In this document: piece by piece, positions 38,656-47,886 of the stretch
How positions within the stretch are numbered: the stretch's first letter is position 1
Layout of the letters: each line of letters begins with the position of its first letter
NCBI GenBank assembly: GCA_026418415.1
Contig: JAOABK010000003.1
Span: forward strand, 1,685-65,684
Direction: 5' to 3'
Source of the DNA: Pseudomonadota bacterium
GTDB taxonomy: Bacteria > CALINM01
Length of the DNA stretch: 64,000 nucleotides
The notes under the pieces: model-generated
Seen by the model: the letters and a program-made list of their open reading frames with translations, nothing else
Told to the model about the DNA's origin: nothing
Databases searched by the model: none
Position numbers and translations under genes: made by a program

Positions 38656-40164
38656 TTAAAAATGTACCTCAAATGTTGCATATATATTTGTAGCTTTTTC
38701 AATTGGCGACATCATCTGTGCATTCATAGGATTATCAAGGGCATCAATATCAACTGGCGCACCCACCCAGTTATTACTTCCAGTGTAATCAAACTGATAG
38801 TATTGATAGCCTAACTTAAAAAATGCTTTTGCGTTAAATGATGATATTGCCTTCTGTTTAATTTCCTGAATGATGTAGGCTTCATAAACATTTCCCCTTG
38901 TACCTAACTTGCTTGTCCATATATCATCTGCTGCTGGTGCAAAGGTTATCCAATTTTTCGTTCCGTGGTTATATTCAAGTCCTATTTTAGTGCCCGTTGA
39001 TTCAATGTCATATCTTCCACCTAAATATATAGCATATCCAGTTTTAGAATTTTTGTTTTCCATAGGATTTAAAAGAAGCCCAGTACCAAAGGGGCCTGAT
39101 TTTTCATGAGGATCTGTAATACTTGCTGCAGCACTTACAAACCAGTTGAGGCTACCTGCACCTACATTCTTAACTTTACCAAGAACAGTTGCACCATACC
39201 AATCGATGTTGCCCAAAGATGTTGTTGTTGGTCCTGTAGGAAATCCGGGGAATACTTCTTTCATAACAGGTGCATCAAAAATATTCATACCTCTATTCCA
39301 TTGTAAGAAAACTGTTAACTTTTCAGTATCATAGGGTACTAACTGAACACCAAACATATCAGTATCATCTAAACTATTTGTTGCGGTCTGAAATCCACTT
39401 TCAAAGCCTCTACCATAACAAATTTTAACATAAGCACCTGGCAGAGCTTCGATGTCTGGAGCATAACCTAATGTCATTCCATCAAATGCATAATCAACCA
39501 AAAGTGCAGGAGTTCCACTTACATCTGGTTTTGGTGCATTTTGTTTTAAATGTGTGGGAATACCACCAGTAGACGGTCTTCTACCTACAGAAAACCATAA
39601 AGGCTGTCCAAGAATATTGTTCCATGTAGCATATGCGGTATCTACATAAAGGGTATTGTCATTGGGAATATGCCCTACTATGCCATCAAAAACACCTGCT
39701 CTGTCGGCAAAAAATGGTCCCAAAACAGCGCTTGAATCTTGAGCACCACTTACCTTATTCATAACCAATCTTGCTGTTACTGAAACATCCTGAGTTGCTT
39801 TAATTTTCAAGTTAAGACCAAACCTATTAGTATAAAGAGAGTCATTCTCAACTGTCTGTTTAGCCATTGGAATTGGAACAAAGGGATTAATTGGATTAAA
39901 CTGCCAGTAATTGGGCATATCAGCTCTCAATACATCAACACGAAATCTGTAATCACCACCTAACGTAAACCATTTTGAGATGTTAGTGCTTTCTGTCTTT
40001 TCAATTCTTTTTTGTTGATCCTGCAGCTGCTTTTTCAATGTTTCAATCTCTTTCTGTAGATTCTCGATCTTCTTTTCAATAGCTTCTTGAGCATTAGCAC
40101 TTCCAATCATTAATAAAATAACCGCTATTGAACTAAGTTTTTTCAAAAACCCCTTTAGCTTCAT
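38656..40164 (-). CDS. Putative outer-membrane beta-barrel (porin-like) protein with N-terminal coiled coil
   Basis: Signal peptide ending ANAQE; coiled coil (IENLQKEIETLKKQLQDQQKRIEK); alternating amphipathic beta-strand pattern; C-terminal ...FEVHF. Confidence 0.55.
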   Translation of the reverse strand: MKLKGFLKKLSSIAVILLMIGSANAQEAIEKKIENLQKEIETLKKQLQDQQKRIEKTESTNISKWFTLGGDYRFRVDVLRADMPNYWQFNPINPFVPIPMAKQTVENDSLYTNRFGLNLKIKATQDVSVTARLVMNKVSGAQDSSAVLGPFFADRAGVFDGIVGHIPNDNTLYVDTAYATWNNILGQPLWFSVGRRPSTGGIPTHLKQNAPKPDVSGTPALLVDYAFDGMTLGYAPDIEALPGAYVKICYGRGFESGFQTATNSLDDTDMFGVQLVPYDTEKLTVFLQWNRGMNIFDAPVMKEVFPGFPTGPTTTSLGNIDWYGATVLGKVKNVGAGSLNWFVSAAASITDPHEKSGPFGTGLLLNPMENKNSKTGYAIYLGGRYDIESTGTKIGLEYNHGTKNWITFAPAADDIWTSKLGTRGNVYEAYIIQEIKQKAISSFNAKAFFKLGYQYYQFDYTGSNNWVGAPVDIDALDNPMNAQMMSPIEKATNIYATFEVHF

Positions 40165-40282
40165 AATACCTCCTTTTATTATATTATTAACTTTAATTCT
40201 ATATTTAAGTTAACCATTCGTAAAGCAATTTAATTAATATTTTCTCATTTTAATTTTTGTTATTATATAACGTAACATTTTA

Positions 40283-41728
40283 TTAATTTTTCTTCCCTTC
40301 GGTTTTCTGTACTTCCTTTTTGCTATTTATTAGTTCAGATCTGGTACCAAATTTCATTGGATCACCCTTGTAACCCAATGCCTTCCAGTCAAGCCTCTTC
40401 CCTCCCATATGGCATTCGTCACATCTGAGGGCTTTCTCTTTTGGAGCTACCTCATGATTAATACTTCCATAAAAGGCGGTTTCAACAAATTCATATTTTC
40501 CACTGAATGGAAGTTGTGAACCTAAGGCGCCTTCTACAAGTGCTTTTTCCCAGTTATGATGGCTCCATAAGCCTTTGTAAAGTTTAGGTATCAGTAAATA
40601 CTTGTATTCACTATCCATAGGTTGCTTACCAGTATGGACTTTAAAAGGATAAATTTTGGCATTCCTATCCATAATATTTCCAACGGGCTTTGAAATATAG
40701 ACAACATCTTTAGGATTGGAAATTTTATCGCCCTTTAGATATCTTTCTATTTTTCCATTGTACCATGCATATGTAGGCTTGACATTCATTGCCCATTCAA
40801 ATGTACCCTTATGTTTTACATAGGTTTCCCTTCCAAACTGTTCTTCTGGTTCAATATCCTTTCCTACTGTTGACCAATCCCATCTCATCTTTGTTGGCTT
40901 AGCTTTTGCAAAATAGGGGATATGGCAAGTCTGACAGGCTACAGTATTCAAATGTTTATCAATTATTTTACCTGACTTACTTTCAGCATGGGGTTTTTTA
41001 TGGCAGTCTTCACAGCTAACCCTTCCCTCATTTGTCGCTAAAAACGTTGAAGCACCTGAAATCTTATGCTCATTAGTTACATGACATGCCTGGCAAGTCA
41101 TATCAGCAACACCACCCATATGAACATCATGTTCCCTTTTCGGTTTTACAAGAGAACTATCTAAATCACCATGTTTGACCCCTTCTCCACCGCCACCATA
41201 AAAATGGCAGACTCCACAGTTTTCTCTTTTAGGTTTACCAACACTTTGAGCAACTTTTGTAAGTGACATAATACCTTTATCAATTAATGTTTTATCAGGT
41301 TCTCCAGAAAGCCCCTTTTGATAATTTCCTTCCCTTGCATGACAAATAAGACAGTCTATTTTTTCTTTATTGCTAAAATCGAATGTGTTATCCTTCCAGC
41401 CATAGCCGGGATGACACTTTGTACAGAACTCTGCATTACTACACTTATCTCCACCTTCTATGGATATGCAGAAATTGTTAATAAGATTGCTCTTACCATA
41501 CTCTTCCTTAGAATTTTCTTTCCCCTTAACTGTTCTTGGAACTCCTTTCCATTTCCAGTGAGACGTTTTGATAAAATCACTCGCTTGCTTATCATGGCAC
41601 TCCAAACATGCCTTTGTTACTTCTTCTCCACTTTTAAAAGGACCAGTAATAAACTTTGAATGATCTTCAGCAATTGCTAAATAAGCCCCGATAAGGACTA
41701 TAGCTAAACCCCAAAAAAACCTTTTCAT
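40283..41728 (-). CDS. Periplasmic octaheme c-type cytochrome
   Basis: Signal peptide; eight CxxCH motifs (CLECH, CTKCH, CLICH, CGVCH, CQACH, CEDCH, CQTCH, CDECH) in 481 aa. Confidence 0.8.
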   Translation of the reverse strand: MKRFFWGLAIVLIGAYLAIAEDHSKFITGPFKSGEEVTKACLECHDKQASDFIKTSHWKWKGVPRTVKGKENSKEEYGKSNLINNFCISIEGGDKCSNAEFCTKCHPGYGWKDNTFDFSNKEKIDCLICHAREGNYQKGLSGEPDKTLIDKGIMSLTKVAQSVGKPKRENCGVCHFYGGGGEGVKHGDLDSSLVKPKREHDVHMGGVADMTCQACHVTNEHKISGASTFLATNEGRVSCEDCHKKPHAESKSGKIIDKHLNTVACQTCHIPYFAKAKPTKMRWDWSTVGKDIEPEEQFGRETYVKHKGTFEWAMNVKPTYAWYNGKIERYLKGDKISNPKDVVYISKPVGNIMDRNAKIYPFKVHTGKQPMDSEYKYLLIPKLYKGLWSHHNWEKALVEGALGSQLPFSGKYEFVETAFYGSINHEVAPKEKALRCDECHMGGKRLDWKALGYKGDPMKFGTRSELINSKKEVQKTEGKKN

Positions 41729-41965
41729 AATACAACCTCCATTATATATTAATTTCTTTATACTTCTATATGTTAAAATTTAAATTATATAATGTCAATA
41801 TAAAATTTATTTTTTTTAATTTTTTTGTTTTAAATTTACTAAATTGTTGAAAGCGTTACTTTTATCTATAGTTTTGTTCCCAATCATAAAAACTTAATGG
41901 TTCTTATTAATTTTAAATCCATTCCATATAATCTACATTTCTTGATTTAAGATGGGATAAAATTC

Positions 41966-41996
41966 TTGACATCTACTACTAAAATTAGAGTATAAT
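41966..41996 (+). promoter_or_regulatory. Sigma70-like promoter for tRNA-Met
   Basis: TTGACA (41966-41971), 19-nt spacer, TATAAT (41991-41996); tRNA begins 10 nt downstream. Confidence 0.5.
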
Positions 41997-42006
41997 TAAG
42001 CTTTAA

Positions 42007-42080
42007 GGGCTCATAGCTCAGCTTGGTAGAGCCACCGGCTCATAACCGGTCGGTCCCTGGTTCGAATCCAGGTGAGCCCA
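42007..42080 (+). tRNA. tRNA-Met(CAU) elongator type (could be tRNA-Ile2 if lysidinylated)
   Basis: Cloverleaf folded by eye: acceptor GGGCTCA/TGAGCCC, anticodon stem ACCGG/CCGGT, loop CTCATAA (anticodon CAT), T-arm CCTGG-TTCGAAT-CCAGG. G1-C72 paired, so not initiator. No encoded CCA. Confidence 0.85.
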
Positions 42081-42150
42081 CTAACTTTATTATCTATGGC
42101 TTTTTTATTTATAAATATGTTGCATATAGGCGTTTTTATTAAGCAAAAAA

Positions 42151-43233
42151 ATGGATATTACCGTTAAAGATATATATGATGCTATCAATAGTTTTGCTCC
42201 ATTCATCTTACAAGAATCTTGGGATAACTCAGGTTTACAGATAGGTAACTTAGATGATAAAATTAGGAACCCTGTTATCTGTTTAGATGTTACTCATGAT
42301 GCCATAAATACTGCACTAAAACTGAAATCTAATCTTATAATCTCACATCATCCTTTGTTTTTTAAGCCCTTAAAGTCAATAGATAGAAAAAATAAAAGTT
42401 TAGATGCAATCTTATCTAATAACATTAATATAATTTCGGCACATACTAACTTCGATGTAATCCCCGATGGGGTTAGCTATTGCTTAGCAGAAAAAATTGG
42501 ATTAAAAAATACAAAAATTCTTGCGCCTCTCGAAGAGCAAAAGTTTTATAAATTAAGCTTCTTTATTACAGAGAAGGATAAAGATAGTATACTTAAAGAA
42601 CTTTTCACAGATGGTGTAGGAGAATTTCTAAGATATGAAGATTGTGCTTTTTCCTCAAAGGGCGTTGGACAATTTAAACCAAAGGATAAAGCAAAACCTT
42701 ATGTTGAGAAAGAATCATTTTCAGAAGTTAGGGTTGAGTTTATTGTAAGAAAGGATAAATTAAAGGAATGCATAAAAAAATTGAAAAAAATTCATCCCTA
42801 TGATGAAGTAGCCTTTGATGTTTTTGAAGAAAAAGTTAACCCTCTTGAACTCGGCTATGGAGTTATTGGAAATATTTCTAATGCAAAAAAATTATATCTG
42901 ATTTTAAATGAGGTTAAAGATTTTTTAGGCATAAACAAAGTTAAATTTAAAGGCGATCTAAATAGAAAAATAAAGACAATCGCCGTTTGTGGCGGATCTG
43001 GATCATCATTTATCCTAAACGCAATTAAAGAAGGGGCGGATTTATATATAACTGGTGATCTTAAATATCATGATGTTCTTGAGCACTCTGATAAAATAAT
43101 ACTTGCCGATGTGGGACATAGAGCTTCAGAGATTCCCGCATTAGAGAGGTTAAGAAAAAAATTAGAGGGTATCTTTAATAAAATTAATTTCAACGTTTTT
43201 ATTGAGAATAATGATTTTTATCAATATATTTAA
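42151..43233 (+). CDS. Nif3-family dinuclear metal centre protein
   Basis: Nif3/YqfO signature (ISHHPLFF, ISAHTNFD, C-terminal HxxxE region); ~360 aa with insert domain. Confidence 0.8.
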   Translation: MDITVKDIYDAINSFAPFILQESWDNSGLQIGNLDDKIRNPVICLDVTHDAINTALKLKSNLIISHHPLFFKPLKSIDRKNKSLDAILSNNINIISAHTNFDVIPDGVSYCLAEKIGLKNTKILAPLEEQKFYKLSFFITEKDKDSILKELFTDGVGEFLRYEDCAFSSKGVGQFKPKDKAKPYVEKESFSEVRVEFIVRKDKLKECIKKLKKIHPYDEVAFDVFEEKVNPLELGYGVIGNISNAKKLYLILNEVKDFLGINKVKFKGDLNRKIKTIAVCGGSGSSFILNAIKEGADLYITGDLKYHDVLEHSDKIILADVGHRASEIPALERLRKKLEGIFNKINFNVFIENNDFYQYI

Positions 43234-43244
43234 AGGAGGAAACA

Positions 43245-43976
43245 TTGAAAGATACAATAGCAGCCCTATGGGGTCTACAAAAGCTTGATTTAGAAATAAT
43301 TGAATTTGACAAAAGGTTAGGAGAACTTCCTTGTAAAAAACAAATTTTACTTGAAAAAATTAGGGAAATTGAAGAGCAGGGTAAAAAAAAGAAAGAAGAG
43401 CTAATCTCAATAGAAGATGAAAAAAATAAATTAGAAAAAGAAATAGAAGAAGAAGCTAATAAAATTAAAACTGTGGAGAGTAGGCTTGGTTTCATCAGAA
43501 ATCCAAAAGAATATCAAGAAGTCAGAAAAAAGGTCGAATTAGCAAAAAAGGCAAATAAATTAAGGGAAGATGAGGTTCTAAAAAAAATGGAACAAATAGA
43601 AGCAATTAATAGAGAATTAGAAACACTTATCCCAAAAATCGAAGAGGAAACAAAAAAAATATATGAAAATTTAAAGATATATGAAGAGGAGGAGTTAAAG
43701 CTTAAAGATGATAGAGATATACTGCTCTCAAGAAGAGAAGTATACATATCTAAAATTCCCGATGATATTTACAAAAAATATGAAACAATAAGAGCAAAAA
43801 GTAGAGGAATTGGAGTAAGTCAGGCGAAAAATGAATCCTGTGAAGGATGTTTTATGAATTTACCACCCCAACTCTATAATTTAATACTGAAAGGAGATAA
43901 TCTATATAATTGCCCCTATTGTCAGAGATTCCTCGTTTACATACCAGAGCCAGAAGAAGAAACTCAAGAAGAATAA
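43245..43976 (+). CDS. Coiled-coil protein with C-terminal C4 zinc ribbon (COG1579 family, conserved partner of nif3)
   Basis: Long coiled coil; CEGC...CPYC zinc ribbon at the C-terminus. Confidence 0.7.
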   Translation: MKDTIAALWGLQKLDLEIIEFDKRLGELPCKKQILLEKIREIEEQGKKKKEELISIEDEKNKLEKEIEEEANKIKTVESRLGFIRNPKEYQEVRKKVELAKKANKLREDEVLKKMEQIEAINRELETLIPKIEEETKKIYENLKIYEEEELKLKDDRDILLSRREVYISKIPDDIYKKYETIRAKSRGIGVSQAKNESCEGCFMNLPPQLYNLILKGDNLYNCPYCQRFLVYIPEPEEETQEE

Positions 43977-44017
43977 AAATATTTTTTCTCTTATTCTTAA
44001 ATTCTATATAATATAAA

Positions 44018-44384
44018 TTGAGCAGGGGATACGGCTACTCCCAAATAGGGAGAGGAAAGTCCGGGCTCCAGAGGGCAGAGTGCTTCCTAACGGGAAGTTT
44101 CGGCGACGAAAGGAAAGTGCCACAGAAAACATACCGCCTTGCAATATTGCAAGGTAAGGGTGAAAAGGCGAGGTAAGAGCTCACCGCTCCAATGGTGACA
44201 TTGGAGGCATGGCAAACCCCACTCGGAGCAAGACCAAATAGGCATTGTAGCGCATATGCGCTGGCTTCTGCCCGAAGCCCTCTTTATAAGAGGCAATGCG
44301 GGTAGGTTGCATGAGATAGCTTGCAAAAGCTATCCTTAGATAAATGGCCGTACTCGACAGAACCCGGCTTATACCTCTGCTCAA
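44018..44384 (+). ncRNA. rnpB: RNase P RNA, bacterial type A
   Basis: Universally conserved segments GGAAAGTCCGGGCTCC and ACAGAACCCGGCTTA present. P1 pairing between 5' TTGAGCAG and 3' CTGCTCAA. TATAAT at 44007-44012 just upstream. GC-rich island in AT-rich DNA. ORF-track ORFs 44087-44326 and 44181-44450 (minus) are spurious. Confidence 0.9.
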
Positions 44385-44393
44385 AATAAAAAT

Positions 44394-45206
44394 ATGAAAG
44401 ATTTCTTTAAAGAATTTCTCATATACTTTGATGAAAACACTTCTATACATCCATTTATAGCAAAGATAAATAATTTATCGTTCATAATTAAAAGGCATAA
44501 TGTCCTATCAATATTTGCAAAAAGCTTTAAAGAGGAACAAAAAATAAAAAAACTTATTACTGGCTTCAACTTTAAAGAATTTTTATTAAGAAAAGAGGAA
44601 ATACCAAATCAAAATCTAAAAGAAATTAAAATTGAAAATTTTATAATCAAAAGGGCTGGAAAAATTTGTAATAAGAGTATTTTTATCTCCCCAGGTATTG
44701 CTTTTGGTTATGACCACCCCGCCACAATTTTAACAGCAAAGAAACTTATACAAAATAGCCATTTATTCTATTCTCAAAGAGTACTTGATGTAGGTATAGG
44801 CTCTGGCATACTATCAATAATAATGGCTAAAAAAGGGGCTAACAAAATAATTGCAATAGATATTTGTCCCTTTGTAGTCAAAGAAGCCTTGAAAAACATA
44901 CGAAAAAATCGTATTCGGTTCAAAAAAATTAAAGTCTTGCTAAAAGATATTACCCAGCTAAGGAAAAAGTTTTCCTTTATAGTTGCGAATGTGCCAATAA
45001 ATGTTCATTTATTAGTTGCAAGCAAAATTAAAAGCTTGATATCCAAAGATGGAGCAGTTCTATTGGGTGGTATTTTAAAGAACGAAGTAAAAGTTATAGA
45101 AGAAGCTTATAATGAATTTAAAATAACAGATTTTAGTCTATTAGAAGATTGGGCAACAATTTTGTTAAAACCAAACACAAACAATAAAGCTTTTTTTCAT
45201 AGATAG
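44394..45206 (+). CDS. SAM-dependent methyltransferase, ribosomal protein L11 methyltransferase (PrmA)-like
   Basis: PrmA-like AFGYDHPAT (compare AFGTGxHxTT), SAM motif VLDVGIGSGILSI. Confidence 0.55.
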   Translation: MKDFFKEFLIYFDENTSIHPFIAKINNLSFIIKRHNVLSIFAKSFKEEQKIKKLITGFNFKEFLLRKEEIPNQNLKEIKIENFIIKRAGKICNKSIFISPGIAFGYDHPATILTAKKLIQNSHLFYSQRVLDVGIGSGILSIIMAKKGANKIIAIDICPFVVKEALKNIRKNRIRFKKIKVLLKDITQLRKKFSFIVANVPINVHLLVASKIKSLISKDGAVLLGGILKNEVKVIEEAYNEFKITDFSLLEDWATILLKPNTNNKAFFHR

Positions 45207-45244
45207 TTCTTTACAATATATATTTATAATTTTAAAATTGAAAC

Positions 45245-46342
45245 ATGTTTAGAGACCTTAGACATTCCTACGCTATTATTGATTTAAAAGCTTTAGAGAA
45301 TAATATAAATGAGATCAAGAGAATTGCAGGCAAAAGGAAAATAATTTCTATAATAAAAGACAATGCCTACGGGCATGGAGCACTCAAAACAATTGAGATA
45401 ATAGATAATTTTTCTGATTTATACGGAGTTGCAAATATTAAAGAGGCTTTGCGTTTGAGAAGATACACCGACAAGCCCTTTCTTATATTAGGTGGTTTTT
45501 TTCCGAATGAGGTAAAACATTTTGATAATAATCTAATGCCAGTAGTTTACGATCTTGAAAGCCTGAATATGCTATCAAAAACAGAAAAACCATTAAATAT
45601 TCACCTTGAGTTTGACACAGGCATGGGTAGAACTGGGTTTAGTTTCGATGAAATATACTCTATTGAAAAAATTTTAAAAACATCAAAAAAGTTAAAAATT
45701 AAAGGGGTAATGGCTCACTTAGCCTGTGCAGAAAGTGATGAAACCTACACAAAAAAACAAATAAATAGATTTTACAGTATTATTGAAAAACTTAAAAAAT
45801 CTGGTATAAATTTTGATGATGCCCATATCTCAAACAGTGCTGGTATGTTTTATGAATTGGATGATGTAATTAATGCGGTTAGGCCGGGAATAATGATTTA
45901 CGGTAGTTATCCATCCTCAAAATATAAAAAATTGATTAATTTAAAGCCTGTAATGACATTTAAAGGGCAGATTATATATATTAAAAGTGTTGAGAAAAAT
46001 ACCCCTATAAGCTATGGTTGCACTTTCAAAACAACAAAGAAAAGCTTGATTGCTACCGTTTCTGCTGGTTACGGAGATGGATACCCAAGAAATCTTTCCA
46101 ACAAAGGATTGGTTTATATAGAGGGCAAGGGATTAGCACCTGTAGTAGGAACGGTTTGCATGGATATGTTCATGATTGATATAACAAATATACCAAATGT
46201 AAATAGAGGGGATAGTGTTGTTCTATGGGGTGAGGGGCATGAGGAAGTTCATCCCGATAGAGTTGCAAAAAGGGCTGATACAATATCCTATGAACTATTT
46301 TGTCATTTATCTGAAAGGGTTAAAAAGGTATATAAAAGATAG
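45245..46342 (+). CDS. alr: Alanine racemase
   Basis: PLP-Lys motif IIKDNAYGHGA; ~365 aa, two-domain Alr pattern. Confidence 0.85.
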   Translation: MFRDLRHSYAIIDLKALENNINEIKRIAGKRKIISIIKDNAYGHGALKTIEIIDNFSDLYGVANIKEALRLRRYTDKPFLILGGFFPNEVKHFDNNLMPVVYDLESLNMLSKTEKPLNIHLEFDTGMGRTGFSFDEIYSIEKILKTSKKLKIKGVMAHLACAESDETYTKKQINRFYSIIEKLKKSGINFDDAHISNSAGMFYELDDVINAVRPGIMIYGSYPSSKYKKLINLKPVMTFKGQIIYIKSVEKNTPISYGCTFKTTKKSLIATVSAGYGDGYPRNLSNKGLVYIEGKGLAPVVGTVCMDMFMIDITNIPNVNRGDSVVLWGEGHEEVHPDRVAKRADTISYELFCHLSERVKKVYKR

Positions 46343-46345
46343 TAT

Positions 46346-47116
46346 ATGAATAGAATAATTGAATGGCTTGGGAAAACATTTATTGATTTTTTATCAGAAG
46401 CAGGAAGGATGCTCCTTTTGTTAATAGAGGTAGTTAAGCAAACTATTAAACCACCTCTAAAGTTAGAAAGGATTTTTATCCAGATGGAGTTTATTGGTGT
46501 TAAATCCCTTTTTGTAGTCATCCTTGTTAGTTTATTTACAGGTATGGTATTAGCCTTACAAACCTACACTGGCTTTAGAAGATTTAGTGCTGAGAGTATG
46601 GTTGGAGCAATTGTTGCACTAAGCCTTTGTAGAGAGTTAGGGCCAGTTTTAACAAGTATCATGGTTACAGCAAGGGCTGGTTCAGCTATGGCTGCAGAAA
46701 TTGGAACAATGAGGGTAACTGAGCAGATAGATGCATTAACAGTAATGGCTGTTAATCCAGTAAAATATTTAATAGTACCAAGAATCCTCGCCTCTGTATT
46801 AGTAATCCCTGTACTTACAATAATTTCTGATTACACAGGTATAGTTGGTGGATATATAGTGGGGGTCAAACTTCTCAATATAAATGAAGGCGTTTACATA
46901 AATAGAACTATTGACCTTTTAGAGATGAGCGATATTTTTAATGGGCTTTTTAAATCGGTCGTTTTTGCACTCCTGCTCTCACTAATTGGATGCTATAAAG
47001 GTTATTATACAAAAGGTGGGGCAAGAGGGGTTGGAAAGGCAACTACAGAAGCAGTTGTTCTTTCCTGTGTTGTAATCTTTATTGCAGATTATATACTAAC
47101 ATCCTTTTTATTTTAA
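46346..47116 (+). CDS. mlaE: Mla (phospholipid ABC) transporter permease
   Basis: MlaE/Ttg2B family multi-TM protein, ~256 aa. Confidence 0.8.
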   Translation: MNRIIEWLGKTFIDFLSEAGRMLLLLIEVVKQTIKPPLKLERIFIQMEFIGVKSLFVVILVSLFTGMVLALQTYTGFRRFSAESMVGAIVALSLCRELGPVLTSIMVTARAGSAMAAEIGTMRVTEQIDALTVMAVNPVKYLIVPRILASVLVIPVLTIISDYTGIVGGYIVGVKLLNINEGVYINRTIDLLEMSDIFNGLFKSVVFALLLSLIGCYKGYYTKGGARGVGKATTEAVVLSCVVIFIADYILTSFLF

Positions 47117-47118
47117 CT

Positions 47119-47886
47119 ATGGAAGATAACATTATAAAGATAAGAAAACTCAGCAAGAGATTTGGCACACAAGAGGTTCTTAAGGAACTTGATTTAGATA
47201 TTCCAAAGGGACAAATAACTGTCATTATTGGTAGGAGTGGTGGCGGTAAAAGTGTACTATTAAAACACATCATTGGACTATTAAAACCCGATAGCGGAGA
47301 AATACTAATAGATGGGATAGATATTGCCAAAGAACCAGAAGATAAATTAAACGAAGTAAGAAAAAGATTTGGCATGCTCTTTCAGGAAGGAGCTCTTTTT
47401 GATTCAATGACCATAGAAGAAAATGTCGCCTTTCCACTGTTAGAACACACAAATTTATCTGATAAAGAGATTGAAGAAAGGACAAAAGAAGTTCTTGCCA
47501 TGGTCGGTCTAATAGGAGCAGAAAAGAAATACCCATCAGAAATTTCTGGTGGCATGAGAAAAAGGGCTGGTCTTGCAAGGGCAATAATTGCTAAACCAGA
47601 TATTATACTTTTTGATGAACCAACAAGTGGATTAGATCCTATAATGTCAGCCCATATTGATAATCTTATCGTTGATATTCAAAAAAGATTAAATGTAACT
47701 TGTATTATTATAAGCCATGATATACAATCTACTTTTAGGATAGCTCATAAGATTGCCATGTTATACGATGGTAAAATAATTGCTGAAGGAACACCAGATG
47801 TTATGAGAACAATTGATAATCCTTACTTAAGACAGTTTATAGAAGGGTCTTCACAAGGACCTATTCAGGTGGTGGATAATGAATAA
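47119..47886 (+). CDS. mlaF: Mla transporter ATP-binding protein
   Basis: Walker A GRSGGGKS, signature ISGGMRKRAG, Walker B ILFDEPTSGLD. Confidence 0.8.
   Translation: MEDNIIKIRKLSKRFGTQEVLKELDLDIPKGQITVIIGRSGGGKSVLLKHIIGLLKPDSGEILIDGIDIAKEPEDKLNEVRKRFGMLFQEGALFDSMTIEENVAFPLLEHTNLSDKEIEERTKEVLAMVGLIGAEKKYPSEISGGMRKRAGLARAIIAKPDIILFDEPTSGLDPIMSAHIDNLIVDIQKRLNVTCIIISHDIQSTFRIAHKIAMLYDGKIIAEGTPDVMRTIDNPYLRQFIEGSSQGPIQVVDNE

Noticed and set aside
42151-43976. nif3 + COG1579 zinc-ribbon pair
   Set aside because: Well-known conserved gene pair; ordinary.
44087-44450. Two minus-strand ORFs (79 and 89 aa)
   Set aside because: They fall entirely inside the RNase P RNA gene.
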